A stretch of 64,000 nt of DNA from an uncultured delta proteobacterium (GTDB taxonomy: Bacteria; Myxococcota; UBA727; VGSZ01): assembly GCA_963775425.1 (NCBI GenBank), contig CAVZJB010000016.1, positions 448,001-512,000 on the forward strand, written 5' to 3'. Shown here piece after piece: positions 14,473 to 24,310 of the stretch; positions within the stretch are counted from its first letter, which is position 1; each line of letters starts with the position of its first letter. The notes beneath the pieces are model-generated. The model was not told the DNA's origin. It did not search any database and saw only the letters and a list, made by a program, of their open reading frames with translations. The position numbers were made by a program, and so were the translations under genes.

Positions 14473-16973
14473 GCGGTGGTGCCCGCGACGACGACGGGGT
14501 CGACGTAGGCCGGCAGCGGCACCGAGCCGGCCGCGGGCGCGAGCACGGTCCAGGTGGTGCCGCCGTCGAAGACGAGCACCGACAGCGCGTCGGCGCCGGG
14601 GACGCCGGGCACCACCACGCTCTGCGCGCCGGCGACGGGCACGCCGTCGAGGACGAACGCGCCCGCGGGCGGCGCGAGCAGCGGCCCCGCGTCTACGAGC
14701 GGCGCGAAGCCCGCGCCCGCGCGCGCCACCACCGCGCTGGTGGTCGCGGGATCGCCGGTGACGGCGTGCACCGTGCACGTCCGCGGCGCGCCGGGGACGC
14801 CGGCCGGCGCGCCGACGACCTTCACCTGCTCGCCGGCGTCCGAGCCGACGAGCGCGGCGATGCCGAGCGGCAGGAAGCCGTTGGGCAGCTCCACGCCGCA
14901 CACGGCGAGCGCGCGCGCGTCCGCGCCCTGCGGCGGCGCCGACGTCTTCACGCCGACGCGCTCGCTCGGACCTGTCTCCGGGGCCACCGAGATCTCGGGG
15001 AACGACTGATAGTCCGGCACCAGCTCCGTGGTGTTGCCGTCGCCGTCGATGTCGCCGTCGTCGACGACGAGCGGCAGCGCCTCGAGCACGCCGGCGGCGG
15101 CGAGCTTGATGTCCATGCCCTCCGCCTGCGCGGCGAAGTCGAGCGCCGTGCTCGTGGCCGTGCCGCCGAAGGCCACGTTCAAGAGGAACTGCTGCGCGAA
15201 GCGCCCTTCGTAGGCGAGCGCCGTCGACGGTCCGGCGGCGGCGACGTCGAAGGCCTCGGGCTTGACGTCCTGGAAGCCCGACAACGGCAAGGTGGCGTCC
15301 ATGATCGACGACGCCGGCAGCGTGATCGGGAGCGCGCCGATGACGGCGACGGTCACCGCGCCGGGGAACGGGCCGCCCATGACGTTTTCGAGCGACGCGT
15401 CGAGCGGCGAGGAAAGCTCGGGGAGCGCGAGCGCGAGCCCGATGTCGCCGAGCTCGTCGCCGGTGCCGTTGACGAGCGCGCGAAAGCCCGCGGCGCCGTC
15501 CTGCGACACCGCGGCGGCGAGCGGCACGAACAGCGCGCCGGGCGCGGCGTCGACGAGGACGAAGCCGCGGCCGTCGTCCGTGCGCACGCCGACGGCGCCG
15601 CCGGTGAACGACGCGTCCGAGAACAGGCCGCCGGCGCCGGTGACGCCGACCTCGGCGTCGTCGAGGAACACGTGCGCGCCCTCGAGCGCTGCGCCGGTGG
15701 CGGCGTCGTAGGCGACGACGTCGAGGGCGCCGCCGGAGGTGAGGCAGCGGACCGTGACGTCGACGTGGGCCGCGTTTGCGCTGCCGCCGACGACGGCGAC
15801 GGTGGCGGTGCCGGCGGCGTCACAGGTGACGCTGCCGCGCCCCTGGTCGTCGACGGAGGCCGACAGGCCCGCGCCGTCCGGCGTGGCGCTGAGCGCGGCG
15901 AGCACCGGCGCGCCGTCGTCGCCGAAGCCCTGGGCGTACAGCGGCACCACGGCGCCGACGAGCGCCGGCACCGCGCACGCGCCCGCGCCCTGCGCGAAGC
16001 ACGCGCCGAGCGGTGTGCGCACCACGACGACGGCGGCGTCCTCGCTCTCGGGGGCGGCGGCGCAGCGGCCGCCGTTGCAGACCTCGCCGGCGTCGCAGTC
16101 GGCGGCGGTGCGGCAGGCGGGGGCGGCGACGCAGCGGCCGGCGACGCACTCGTCGCCGTCGGCGCAGTCGGCGCCGGTGTCGCAGGGCACCGGATCGCGG
16201 CAGTGCTGGGTGACGCACAGGCCGAGGCCGCAGTCGCCGTCGACGGTACACGCCGGGCGCTCCTCGCAGCGGCCGAGGTCGTTGCATTGGAAATTCGCGT
16301 CGAAGCAGTCGGCGTTGACGGCGCACGGGGTGAACTGCTCGCAGCGGCCGGCGTTGCAGAAGTGGTTGCCGGGGCCGGTGCAGTCCTCGTCGACGCTGCA
16401 CTGCGGGTCGACGCACGTGTTCTGCTCGCAGATGCCGCCGAGGATGCAGGTGGTGTCGTTGAGGCAGCGCTGCAGGCACTGCCCGTCGACGCACGTCGCG
16501 AGGTTGAAGCCGCCGACGGCGGGGCAGTCGGCGTCGCTCGTGCAGGCGGCCCGGCAGCTCCCGTTGTTGCAGATCTGATCGGAGGCGCAGTCGCCGTCGG
16601 CGAAGCAGGGCACGTTCTGCGCGCACTGGCCGTTGTCGCAGATGCGGGTGCCGCACTGGGCGTCGATGGCGCACGAGGCGAAGCCGCAGCTGCCGTCGTC
16701 GGTGTTGCAGACGCGACCGTCGGCGCTGCCGTCGAGGACGCAGTCGCTGTCCTGCGTGCACGGCGGCGGCGGCGGCGGAGGAGGCGTGACGAGGGTGCAG
16801 ACGCCGGCCTTGCAGGTGAGGCCGTCGGCGCACGGCGCCTCGGTGCACGCGTCGCCTGCGAGCCCCACGGGGCGGCACGCCGCCGCCGCGAGGAGCAGCG
16901 CGAGCGCCGCACCGACCTTCGCGGGGAGCGCGGCCTCGTGGCGCGCGCGGCCGGGTCTTTCGCGGTGCATCAC
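14382..16973 (-). CDS. Cys-rich repeat lipoprotein (myxobacterial Dickkopf/EB-like repeats)
   Basis: Lipobox LAAAAC, many CxxDxDC...C..GxC repeats, poly-Pro linker, carboxypeptidase-regulatory-like YDAATGAALEGA segment. Confidence 0.8.
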   Translation of the reverse strand: MMHRERPGRARHEAALPAKVGAALALLLAAAACRPVGLAGDACTEAPCADGLTCKAGVCTLVTPPPPPPPPCTQDSDCVLDGSADGRVCNTDDGSCGFASCAIDAQCGTRICDNGQCAQNVPCFADGDCASDQICNNGSCRAACTSDADCPAVGGFNLATCVDGQCLQRCLNDTTCILGGICEQNTCVDPQCSVDEDCTGPGNHFCNAGRCEQFTPCAVNADCFDANFQCNDLGRCEERPACTVDGDCGLGLCVTQHCRDPVPCDTGADCADGDECVAGRCVAAPACRTAADCDAGEVCNGGRCAAAPESEDAAVVVVRTPLGACFAQGAGACAVPALVGAVVPLYAQGFGDDGAPVLAALSATPDGAGLSASVDDQGRGSVTCDAAGTATVAVVGGSANAAHVDVTVRCLTSGGALDVVAYDAATGAALEGAHVFLDDAEVGVTGAGGLFSDASFTGGAVGVRTDDGRGFVLVDAAPGALFVPLAAAVSQDGAAGFRALVNGTGDELGDIGLALALPELSSPLDASLENVMGGPFPGAVTVAVIGALPITLPASSIMDATLPLSGFQDVKPEAFDVAAAGPSTALAYEGRFAQQFLLNVAFGGTATSTALDFAAQAEGMDIKLAAAGVLEALPLVVDDGDIDGDGNTTELVPDYQSFPEISVAPETGPSERVGVKTSAPPQGADARALAVCGVELPNGFLPLGIAALVGSDAGEQVKVVGAPAGVPGAPRTCTVHAVTGDPATTSAVVARAGAGFAPLVDAGPLLAPPAGAFVLDGVPVAGAQSVVVPGVPGADALSVLVFDGGTTWTVLAPAAGSVPLPAYVDPVVVAGTTAYRLGAPPPSVLSAALGSVDDVAAAVATSP

Positions 16974-18949
16974 GGGCGCACCTCCATCGGCGGCGCCTCG
17001 AGGACGCCGGCGCTCTCCGCGTGCGCCGCCTGCACCAACGCCCGCGCCGCGCGCAGCACCGCGGGGCTCGGGCGCACGACGGCCTCGGTGTCGAGGTCGT
17101 CGCTGTTGTCCCCGGGCGCGCCGCGCAGTTGCGCGAGGATCTCCTCGAGCGTCGAGCGGCGCTTGGGGAACGGGCGCAGGCGGACCGCTGCGCCCTTGGG
17201 CGCGCCCGCCAGCTCGCGCGCGGCGTCCACCGCGGCCATGAAGCCACCGAGCTCATCGACGAGGCCGCGCTCCTTGGCGTCGGCGCCGGTCCACACGCGC
17301 CCGTGCGCGAGCGCCTCGAGCTTGTCGTAGTCCATCTTGCGGGCGTCGGCGGCCTTCTTGGTGAAGTCGAGATAGATGCGATCGAGCGTGTGCTCGAGGT
17401 TCTGCTCCGCCGCCTCGCTGTACGGCACATCGTTTGAGTAGTTGGAGACGTCGATGTCGGGGGACGCCGCCAGCGGCTCGAAGTTGACGCCGAGCTTCTG
17501 CCACATCTGCGCCGTGACCATCTTGCCCGCGAACACGCCGATGCTCCCCGTCAGCGTGCCGCGCTCGGCGACGACGCGGTCGGCCGCCATGGACACGAAG
17601 TAGCCCCCCGACGCGGCGAGGTCGCCCATGCTCGCCACCACCTTCTTGCCCTTCTTCTGGGCCTGCTTGATGGCGCGCCAGATGCTGTCGGACGCGACGT
17701 AGCTGCCGCCGGGGCTGTCGACGCGCAGGAGGATCACCTTGACGTCGTCGTCGTCGGCGGCGGCCTTGATGGCCGCGCGCATGCTGTCGCTGCCGAAGCT
17801 CTCGCCGCCGCCGAGCGGGTCGACGCCGTTTTGGCCGCGCGTCACCGAGCCCTTGGCGACGATGAGCGCCACCACCGGTCCGGCGCCCTTGTCCTCGTCG
17901 GAGACGCCGGCGCGCTCGGCGTAGCGGCGCACCCACAAGCGCTCCTCGTCCTTGCCGAAGCGCGCCTTGAGCGACGCCATGACCTCGTCCTTGTACCCGA
18001 GCTTGTCCACGAGCCCCTTGTCGAGCGCCTCCTGCGCCGAGATGGGCCCGCTCTCGACGAGCGCCTTGACCGCCGCCTTGTCGCCGAGCTTGGGCCGCGC
18101 CGCGACGATGTCGTCGATGATCTGCTCTTCGTAGCTCTGCAACATGCGGCCGAGGGCCTCCCGGTGCGCCGGCGTGTACGTGGTCTCCGTGAGCTGGTTG
18201 ACGGCGTTTTTGTACTCCTTGCGCCCGTGCATCTCCGGCTCCACGCCGAGCTTGTCGAGCGCGCCGCGCAGGAACATCGTCTCCGAGAAGACGCCGCCGA
18301 GCCCGACGTCGCCCGACGGCTGGAGCCAGACCTCGTCGAAGGCGGTGGCGAGGTCGTAGGCCCCGAGGCCCGGCGACATCTCGCCGAAGCCCTCGCTCCA
18401 GGCGATGGCCGGCTTGCCCGCGGCGCGGAACGCGAGCACGGACTCGCGCAGCTCCTGCACCGTGGCCAGCGAGTTGCCCGAGCCGACGCGGGCCACCAGG
18501 CCCTTCACGTGCGGATCGGACTTGGCCTTGTCGAGCGCGCGCTCGACGTCGAGGAGGGTCTTCCCGGTCCCGCCGGGCAAAAACGGGATGGGCCCGGCGC
18601 CGGCGGTCTCGTCGAGCGGCTGCTCGAGGTCGATCTCCAAGACGGTGTCGCCGCCGACCGAGGGGGTGCCCCCGATGAAGCACAGGGGCGTGCACATCGC
18701 GAACGCCGCCAGCACGATGACGAGGAGGGCGATGATCCCGCCGCGTGAGCTCTTCTTTTTGGGCGCCGCCTGCGCCGGCCCGGACGTCGCGGGCGACGAC
18801 GCGACCGTGGCCGACCCGTCCGGGGGCGGCGCGCCCGTCGGTGGCGCGCCGGGAGCGGGCGGCTCGGCGGTCGCGGGCGACGACGACGGCGTCGATGAAG
18901 GAGCGGCCGGGGGCGCGTCGGGGTCGGGGCTCGGGGGGTCGGTCGGCAT
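16970..18949 (-). CDS. sppA: Signal peptide peptidase SppA (protease IV, 67K type)
   Basis: ATG 18949; TM anchor; two S49 domains; KEYKNA, LRVDSPGGS, SMGDLAASGGY, TGSIGV, GRVWTGADAKERGLVDELG. Confidence 0.95.
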   Translation of the reverse strand: MPTDPPSPDPDAPPAAPSSTPSSSPATAEPPAPGAPPTGAPPPDGSATVASSPATSGPAQAAPKKKSSRGGIIALLVIVLAAFAMCTPLCFIGGTPSVGGDTVLEIDLEQPLDETAGAGPIPFLPGGTGKTLLDVERALDKAKSDPHVKGLVARVGSGNSLATVQELRESVLAFRAAGKPAIAWSEGFGEMSPGLGAYDLATAFDEVWLQPSGDVGLGGVFSETMFLRGALDKLGVEPEMHGRKEYKNAVNQLTETTYTPAHREALGRMLQSYEEQIIDDIVAARPKLGDKAAVKALVESGPISAQEALDKGLVDKLGYKDEVMASLKARFGKDEERLWVRRYAERAGVSDEDKGAGPVVALIVAKGSVTRGQNGVDPLGGGESFGSDSMRAAIKAAADDDDVKVILLRVDSPGGSYVASDSIWRAIKQAQKKGKKVVASMGDLAASGGYFVSMAADRVVAERGTLTGSIGVFAGKMVTAQMWQKLGVNFEPLAASPDIDVSNYSNDVPYSEAAEQNLEHTLDRIYLDFTKKAADARKMDYDKLEALAHGRVWTGADAKERGLVDELGGFMAAVDAARELAGAPKGAAVRLRPFPKRRSTLEEILAQLRGAPGDNSDDLDTEAVVRPSPAVLRAARALVQAAHAESAGVLEAPPMEVRP

Positions 18950-19014
18950 GGGGGCGGACCGTACTCCACCCGCGTTGACCTCGCGACGACCGCGCGCGAC
19001 GATGTCAGCGGCAC

Positions 19015-19195
19015 GCTGACGGGGTGACGGGAAGGTCGGTGCAAATCCGACGCGGTTCCGCCACTGTGAGCGCGGGCAGGCCCGCCATCGCCACTGGCGT
19101 CTCCGTCGAGGAGCGCTGGGAAGGCGGCGGGCTTCATCGGCTCGAGGTCTCCTCGATCCGGTGCCGCGTGAGCCAGGAGACCGGCCCCGTCCGGA
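19015..19195 (+). ncRNA. Cobalamin (B12) riboswitch
   Basis: Conserved blocks GGGAA-GGTGCAAATCC-CGCGGTTCCGCCACTGT...GCCACTG...GGGAAGGC...GAGCCAGGAGACCGGCC, upstream of a btu-like operon. Confidence 0.92.
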
Positions 19196-19281
19196 GCGGT
19201 GAAGGACCTGCGGGAAACGGGTCCTCACGTCGTCGTCCCGGCATTTCGCTGGGAGGGCTCCGCGGTGCCTTGGGGCCCCTG

Positions 19282-20451
19282 ATGAACCGAAGGAACGAGA
19301 GTCTCTGGCACGCCCGCGCGTGGGCGAAGAGCGCGGGCCGGGCGACGCGAGCGACGCGGGCGAAGTGCGCAGGCCGGGCGACGTGGGCGACGTGGGTGGC
19401 GGCCGTGGCCGCGGCGGCGACGCTCGCGGGCTGCCCGCCCGACGCCTTCGACACCGGCGAAGGCGAAGGCGAAGGAGAGGGCGACGCCGGCTGCGGCGAC
19501 GACCCCATCCTCGGCAGCCTCGGCGTCGCCGACGGCTTCATCCTCGTTGGCGGCCAGGGGCTCCCCGACAACATCGTGAGCGTCGGCTTGAAGGACCTCG
19601 GCGACGGCTCGCCCGTGGAGCTCATCGGGCTCACGGACGACCTCCACGTCGTCGACCTCGGCGTCTACCCCGGGAGCACGCCCGCGCTCCCCCCCGAGGT
19701 CTTCGACGCCCTCGCCCCCGACGACCAGGGGCTCGCGCGCACCGGCGACGTGTTCCCGAGCTTCCTCGTCGTCGACCGCGCGCTCATCGGCGCCGGTTAC
19801 ACGCGCGCCACGGACTTCGGCGGCTTCGTCGGCGCCTTCAACGCCCTCACCGGCGCCACCAGCTACATCGAGGCGCCGGCGAACTTCGCCGCCGTCACGC
19901 GCGACGACACGCTGTTCATCGAGGCCGCCGGCCTCGGCCCCGCCGCCGGCGGCCTCGGCGTCTACACGGCCGCCGCCGGCGCCGCCTCCTTCTTCGGCGG
20001 CCTCGGCGACGGCGCCGTCGCCAGCGGCAACCTCGCCGTCACGAGCGACGGCGTCCTCGTCGTCGGCCGCTTCGCCGGCGCGGACAACGAGCTGTTCGCC
20101 CTGCCCTCGGCCACCGTGGACGCGGTGCTCGCCGGCGGCGCCGCCCCGGACCTCGACGCGGCCGCGCCGTTGTACACGGGCGCGCTCAACGGCTTCTCCG
20201 CGGGCGTGGTCGGCGTCGGCGCGGGCGTCGCCCTCGTCGACGTCGATCTCACGACGTTCGCGGGCGTGGGCGTGAGCTTCATCGGCCTCGCCGACGGCGC
20301 CACCGTCACCGCCGCGGCGCCGGTGCCCGTGCTCACCGGCGGCAGCGCCGCGTGCACATCGGTGCTCTCCCTGGCGCAGACCGGCGGCGACCTCATCGTC
20401 GGCGTCCACGACGCCGCGGGCGCGCGCCTCGTGCAGGTGCGCAAGCGGTGA
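19282..20451 (+). CDS. B12-regulated lipoprotein of unknown family
   Basis: Lipobox TLAGC, GEGEGEGEG linker, beta-rich body; first gene after the riboswitch; start uncertain. Confidence 0.75.
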   Translation: MNRRNESLWHARAWAKSAGRATRATRAKCAGRATWATWVAAVAAAATLAGCPPDAFDTGEGEGEGEGDAGCGDDPILGSLGVADGFILVGGQGLPDNIVSVGLKDLGDGSPVELIGLTDDLHVVDLGVYPGSTPALPPEVFDALAPDDQGLARTGDVFPSFLVVDRALIGAGYTRATDFGGFVGAFNALTGATSYIEAPANFAAVTRDDTLFIEAAGLGPAAGGLGVYTAAAGAASFFGGLGDGAVASGNLAVTSDGVLVVGRFAGADNELFALPSATVDAVLAGGAAPDLDAAAPLYTGALNGFSAGVVGVGAGVALVDVDLTTFAGVGVSFIGLADGATVTAAAPVPVLTGGSAACTSVLSLAQTGGDLIVGVHDAAGARLVQVRKR

Positions 20452-22250
20452 GCGCACGAGCGCCCCGGGGCTCGGCGAGGGCGGCAGCCGTCCTCGCCGG
20501 CCTCGCCTGCGCCGGCGCGCTGGCGGCGTCGCGCGCGAGCGCGCAGGAGACCACCGTGGCCGCGCCGCGCCCCGTCGACATCGACGACGACCGCGTCGCC
20601 GTCGACGGCGCCGGCGCCGACCCCGAGGACGTGCTCCTCGAGGCGGCCGGCGCCTCGCTCGTGCACGACGGCGGCCCGCTGTCGCCCGCGCGCCCGATGA
20701 TCCGCGGGCTGTCCGGCGCGCGCCTCGGCGTCGACGTCGGCGGCCTCGATCTGTCGGACCCGAGCACCGGCCTCCTCGACGCCGCCATGCTCCCGTGGAG
20801 CGCCGCGTCCTCGCTCGTCATAGACACCGGCGCCGCGCCGGGCGAGGGCGAGGGCGGCGCGCTCCACCTGTCGCTGTTGCGCGGCCCGGCCTTGCGCGCG
20901 CGCGTCCTCACGGGCTCGCTGTCGACGGCGCGGCTGTCCGTCGCGGCCGCGGGCGCCGACGCACTCGTCGCTTTCGACGCGGGCGTCACCCGCGGCGACT
21001 TCGCCTTTCGGCCGACGAGCGCCGTCGCCGCGCCCGCGGGCTTCGACGCGATCCGCACCGACAACGACCAGCGGCGCGCGTCGCTCCTCGGGGCCGCCCG
21101 GGCGCGCGCCGGCGACGTCGACGTCGACGCGCTCGCCTTCGCCGCCGCCCACGACGGCGGCATCGCGGGCATGGCCACGAGCCCCACCCACGGCCTGCGG
21201 GGCGAGGACGCGCTCGCCGGCGCCCGCGCGGCCTTCGCGACCCGCGCAGCGAGCGGCGCGCGCATCTCCCTCGTCGTCGACGGTCGCGCGTCGCACCGGG
21301 CGACCTTCGGGCCGCAGGCGCCGCGCTCGGCGGTGGAGTCGGCCGGGGGCGCCGTGCAGGCCGGCGTGGCCTCGATGGCGATGGGCACAGCGCACGTCGA
21401 CGTCGACGCCGGCGTCGACGGCGCCTCGCTCGTCGGCGCGGACGCCCCCGGGCGCCTCGGCGCGTCGGCGCGGGTGCGCGCGCGGGCGCCGCTCGGGCCG
21501 GTGCGCCTGCGCGCCGTGCTCGACGGGCGCGCCCTCAGCGACGCCGGGCCGCTGTTTTCCGGCGAGCTGCGCGCCGAGGCCGGCGGGATCCTGCGGGGGT
21601 CCGTCGGCGTCTCGCGGGCGAGCCGCGCGCCCACCCTCGACGAGCTCTACGCCCCGCGTGGCCTGGTGCTCGGCAACCCGGCGCTGAGGCCCGAGGCCGT
21701 CGACGACGTCGAAGCGGCCGTCGCCTTCGCCCCCGGGCGCGTGCTCGAGGCGAAGGCGGTGGGCTTCGCGGGGATGGTCGAGGACGGCATCGCCTACGTG
21801 AACCGCAACGCCTTCGAGATCGCGCCCGAGAACCTCGGGCCGGCGTGGCGCGCCGGCATCGACATTTCGTTGTCTGTCGAACCGTCGCCTTGGTGCGGCC
21901 TCGAGGCCGTGGGCGAGGCGCTCGCGAGCGAGGTCGCCGTCACCCGGGCGCCGCTGCCGCTGGCGCCGCCGTTTTCGTCGCGCATCGCGGTGCGGGCGGG
22001 CCCCCGCGCCGGCGCCCCCGCGCTGACCGCCGTGCTGCGCTCGCGCGGCGCGGCTGCATCAAACGCTTTTGGAACTCTCAAAGCGGCGCCGTACCACCTG
22101 GTGGACCTCCTCCTGCGCTGGCCGCTCGGCGAGCACCTCGCCCTCGGGGCGTCGTTGGACAACGCCCTCGACGCGCGCGACGCCCGCGACGCCAACCAGA
22201 TGCCGTTGCCGGGCCGGCTCTTGTTCTTCTCGCTGGAGGTGCGCGGATGA
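20448..22250 (+). CDS. TonB-dependent receptor, BtuB-like
   Basis: GTG overlaps the upstream stop; plug motif MIRGL; RAPTLDELY, GNPALRPE, LDNALD, PLPGR barrel motifs. Confidence 0.85.
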   Translation: MSARAPRGSARAAAVLAGLACAGALAASRASAQETTVAAPRPVDIDDDRVAVDGAGADPEDVLLEAAGASLVHDGGPLSPARPMIRGLSGARLGVDVGGLDLSDPSTGLLDAAMLPWSAASSLVIDTGAAPGEGEGGALHLSLLRGPALRARVLTGSLSTARLSVAAAGADALVAFDAGVTRGDFAFRPTSAVAAPAGFDAIRTDNDQRRASLLGAARARAGDVDVDALAFAAAHDGGIAGMATSPTHGLRGEDALAGARAAFATRAASGARISLVVDGRASHRATFGPQAPRSAVESAGGAVQAGVASMAMGTAHVDVDAGVDGASLVGADAPGRLGASARVRARAPLGPVRLRAVLDGRALSDAGPLFSGELRAEAGGILRGSVGVSRASRAPTLDELYAPRGLVLGNPALRPEAVDDVEAAVAFAPGRVLEAKAVGFAGMVEDGIAYVNRNAFEIAPENLGPAWRAGIDISLSVEPSPWCGLEAVGEALASEVAVTRAPLPLAPPFSSRIAVRAGPRAGAPALTAVLRSRGAAASNAFGTLKAAPYHLVDLLLRWPLGEHLALGASLDNALDARDARDANQMPLPGRLLFFSLEVRG

Positions 22251-23392
22251 GCCGTCTGGTCATCGCCGCGCTCGCCGGCTGTCTGGCGAGCTGTCTGGCG
22301 GGCTGTCCCGCCGCGCAGGCGCCGCCCTGCGAGGGCGCGGTGTGCGCCCCTTTTCCGGTGGGATCCTCGCCGAACGACGCCGCGCTCACCACGTGCGACG
22401 GACAGCCGGTGGTCGTCGTCACCGAGTCCGGTGACGCGCGCGTGACCACGTACGCCGTCCCCGCCGGCACCGTCGTGGCGAGCGCTGCGCTCCCGGACGT
22501 CTCGGGGAACGCCGCCGACCCCTGGGCCGTCGTCGTCGACGAGACCCATGGCCTGGCCGTCGTCACGCTCAACGGCCAGGACGGGCTCGCGGTCATCGAT
22601 CCGTGCACCGGCCGCGTCGCCTCGAGGGCGGCGGTCAACGGCGTGAGCAAGCCCGAGCCCGTGGTCTTCGACGGCGCCCGCTTCGTCGTCGGCTTCACCA
22701 ACGTCCTCCACACGAGCACGAGCCCCGCCGATCCGCCCGTCGTCGACCCGGGCGTGGTCGCGTCGTTCACCCTGGACGGCGAAGCCCTCGTCGCCGGCCC
22801 CGCCGTCACGCTGCCCTGCAAGAACCCGCAGGGCCTCGTCGTCGACGGCGCCGACGTCTGGGCCTCGTGCAGCGGCCCGCTCGGCCCCGACGGCGCGCTC
22901 CACCAGCGGGCCGTCGAGGACGGCGCCCTCGTGAAGCTCCTCGGCGACGACCTCGCCGTCGGCCGCGTCATCGACGCCGCGCGCCTCGCGCCGGGGACCC
23001 CCGCCGTGCTCGGCGACGCCGTCGTCGCCGGCAGCATCGTCACGCCCGACCTGCTCGCCGCGGGCCCCGGCGACGACACCCTCGCCCCGGTGCTCCACCT
23101 CGAGGGCCCCGACGTCGACTCCATCTTCGAGGTCGCCCGGTGGGACGAGCACACGCTCCTCGTCCCGCAGTTCTCCAAGGACGCGATCTTCGTCGTCGAC
23201 GTCACGGACCCGCTCGCGCCCGTTCAGAGCGACGCGGTCAACGGCGTCGTCCAGGCCGGCCCCGGCGGCGCCGCGTTCCACGGCCTGCTCACGCTCGACG
23301 TGCGCAAGGGCTTCGGCGACGTCGACGCCGCGGCGGTCTTCGCGCTCAGCAGCGAGCTCGCCCCGCTGCGGCTGCACGAGGTGCTGCCGTGA
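22247..23392 (+). CDS. YncE/BtuG-like beta-propeller lipoprotein
   Basis: Lipobox CLAGC; blades VGSSPND, DPWAVVVD, KPEPVV, CKNPQGLVV. Confidence 0.7.
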   Translation: MSRLVIAALAGCLASCLAGCPAAQAPPCEGAVCAPFPVGSSPNDAALTTCDGQPVVVVTESGDARVTTYAVPAGTVVASAALPDVSGNAADPWAVVVDETHGLAVVTLNGQDGLAVIDPCTGRVASRAAVNGVSKPEPVVFDGARFVVGFTNVLHTSTSPADPPVVDPGVVASFTLDGEALVAGPAVTLPCKNPQGLVVDGADVWASCSGPLGPDGALHQRAVEDGALVKLLGDDLAVGRVIDAARLAPGTPAVLGDAVVAGSIVTPDLLAAGPGDDTLAPVLHLEGPDVDSIFEVARWDEHTLLVPQFSKDAIFVVDVTDPLAPVQSDAVNGVVQAGPGGAAFHGLLTLDVRKGFGDVDAAAVFALSSELAPLRLHEVLP

Positions 23393-24300
23393 CGCCGCCC
23401 GGCGCCGCCCGTCATGCATGCGTGCTCGCCCTCGTGGCGCTCGCGTGCGCGCCGGCGCTCGCCGCTCCGCGGGCGCCCGTGTGGCACCGCGAGGCGCTCC
23501 CGCACGCGCGCCCCGCGGGGGCGCCCAAGCGCATCGTCTCGCTCGCTCCCGTCGTCACCGAGACGCTGTTCCTGTTCGGCGCCGGCGACCGCGTCGTCGG
23601 CGACACGCGCTTTTGCGATCGGCCGGCGGCCGCCAAGGCGGTGCCGAAGGTGGGCGGCTACGTCGACATCAGCCTCGAGCGCGTCCTCGCGCTCGCGCCC
23701 GACCTCGTCGTCGCCATGCCGAGCCTCGGCCAGCGCGAGGTCCTCGATCGCCTGCGCGAGCACGGCGTGCCGGTGCTCGTGGTGTTCGGCGACGACGACG
23801 CCGAGGTCCACGCCATGCTCCGCGGCCTCGGCGACGTCCTCGGCACGCAGGCGAGGGCCGCCGCGGTGGACGCCTCCCTCGACGCGGCCGAGCGCGCGCT
23901 CGCCGCGCTCCACCTGCCGCCCCTGCGCGTCGCCGTCGTCGTCGGCACGGAGCCGCTCGTCGTCGCCGGGCCCCACACCTTCGCCGCGGACGCGGTCACG
24001 CGGACGGGCCTGACCCTCGCCGTGCCGAAGAGCGCGCCTCAGTGGCCGGTGTGGTCGCTCGAGTCCCTCGCCGCCGCGCACGTGGACATCCTCGTCGCCG
24101 CCGAGGGCCCCGACGCCCGCAAGAAGCTCGACGCCCTGGTGACGCGCGCGTTCCCCGCGGGGGCGCGGCCGCTGGTGGTGTCGTCGACGCACGCGCTGCT
24201 CATGCGTCCCGGGCCCGCGCTCGTCGACGACTACCCTGAGCTCGCCCGCGTCCTCGCGGCGGCGGCCAGGACCCGGGAGGCGCCCCCTGGGCCCCGCTAG
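23389..24300 (+). CDS. btuF: Cobalamin ABC transporter substrate-binding protein (BtuF-like)
   Basis: PKRIVSLAPVVTETLF, VVGDTRFCDRP, KVGGY.D.SLERVLALAPDLVV. Confidence 0.85.
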   Translation: MTPPGAARHACVLALVALACAPALAAPRAPVWHREALPHARPAGAPKRIVSLAPVVTETLFLFGAGDRVVGDTRFCDRPAAAKAVPKVGGYVDISLERVLALAPDLVVAMPSLGQREVLDRLREHGVPVLVVFGDDDAEVHAMLRGLGDVLGTQARAAAVDASLDAAERALAALHLPPLRVAVVVGTEPLVVAGPHTFAADAVTRTGLTLAVPKSAPQWPVWSLESLAAAHVDILVAAEGPDARKKLDALVTRAFPAGARPLVVSSTHALLMRPGPALVDDYPELARVLAAAARTREAPPGPR

Positions 24301-24310
24301 CTCCTCAGGC

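Noticed and set aside
12081-17330. 1749-aa plus-strand ORF and similar very long ORFs (6050-9496, 9337-12795, 27958-31353, 32899-37041, 60526-63957)
   Set aside because: These are Arg/Gly/Ala-rich shadow frames of real genes in high-GC DNA. Only sub-segments (sigma fragment, PLD N-terminus) are genuine.
19320-19395. 36-bp duplication (AKSAGRATRATR/AKCAGRATWATW) as a regulatory array
   Set aside because: Only two degenerate copies, within the signal-peptide n-region of a lipoprotein; ordinary slippage explains it.
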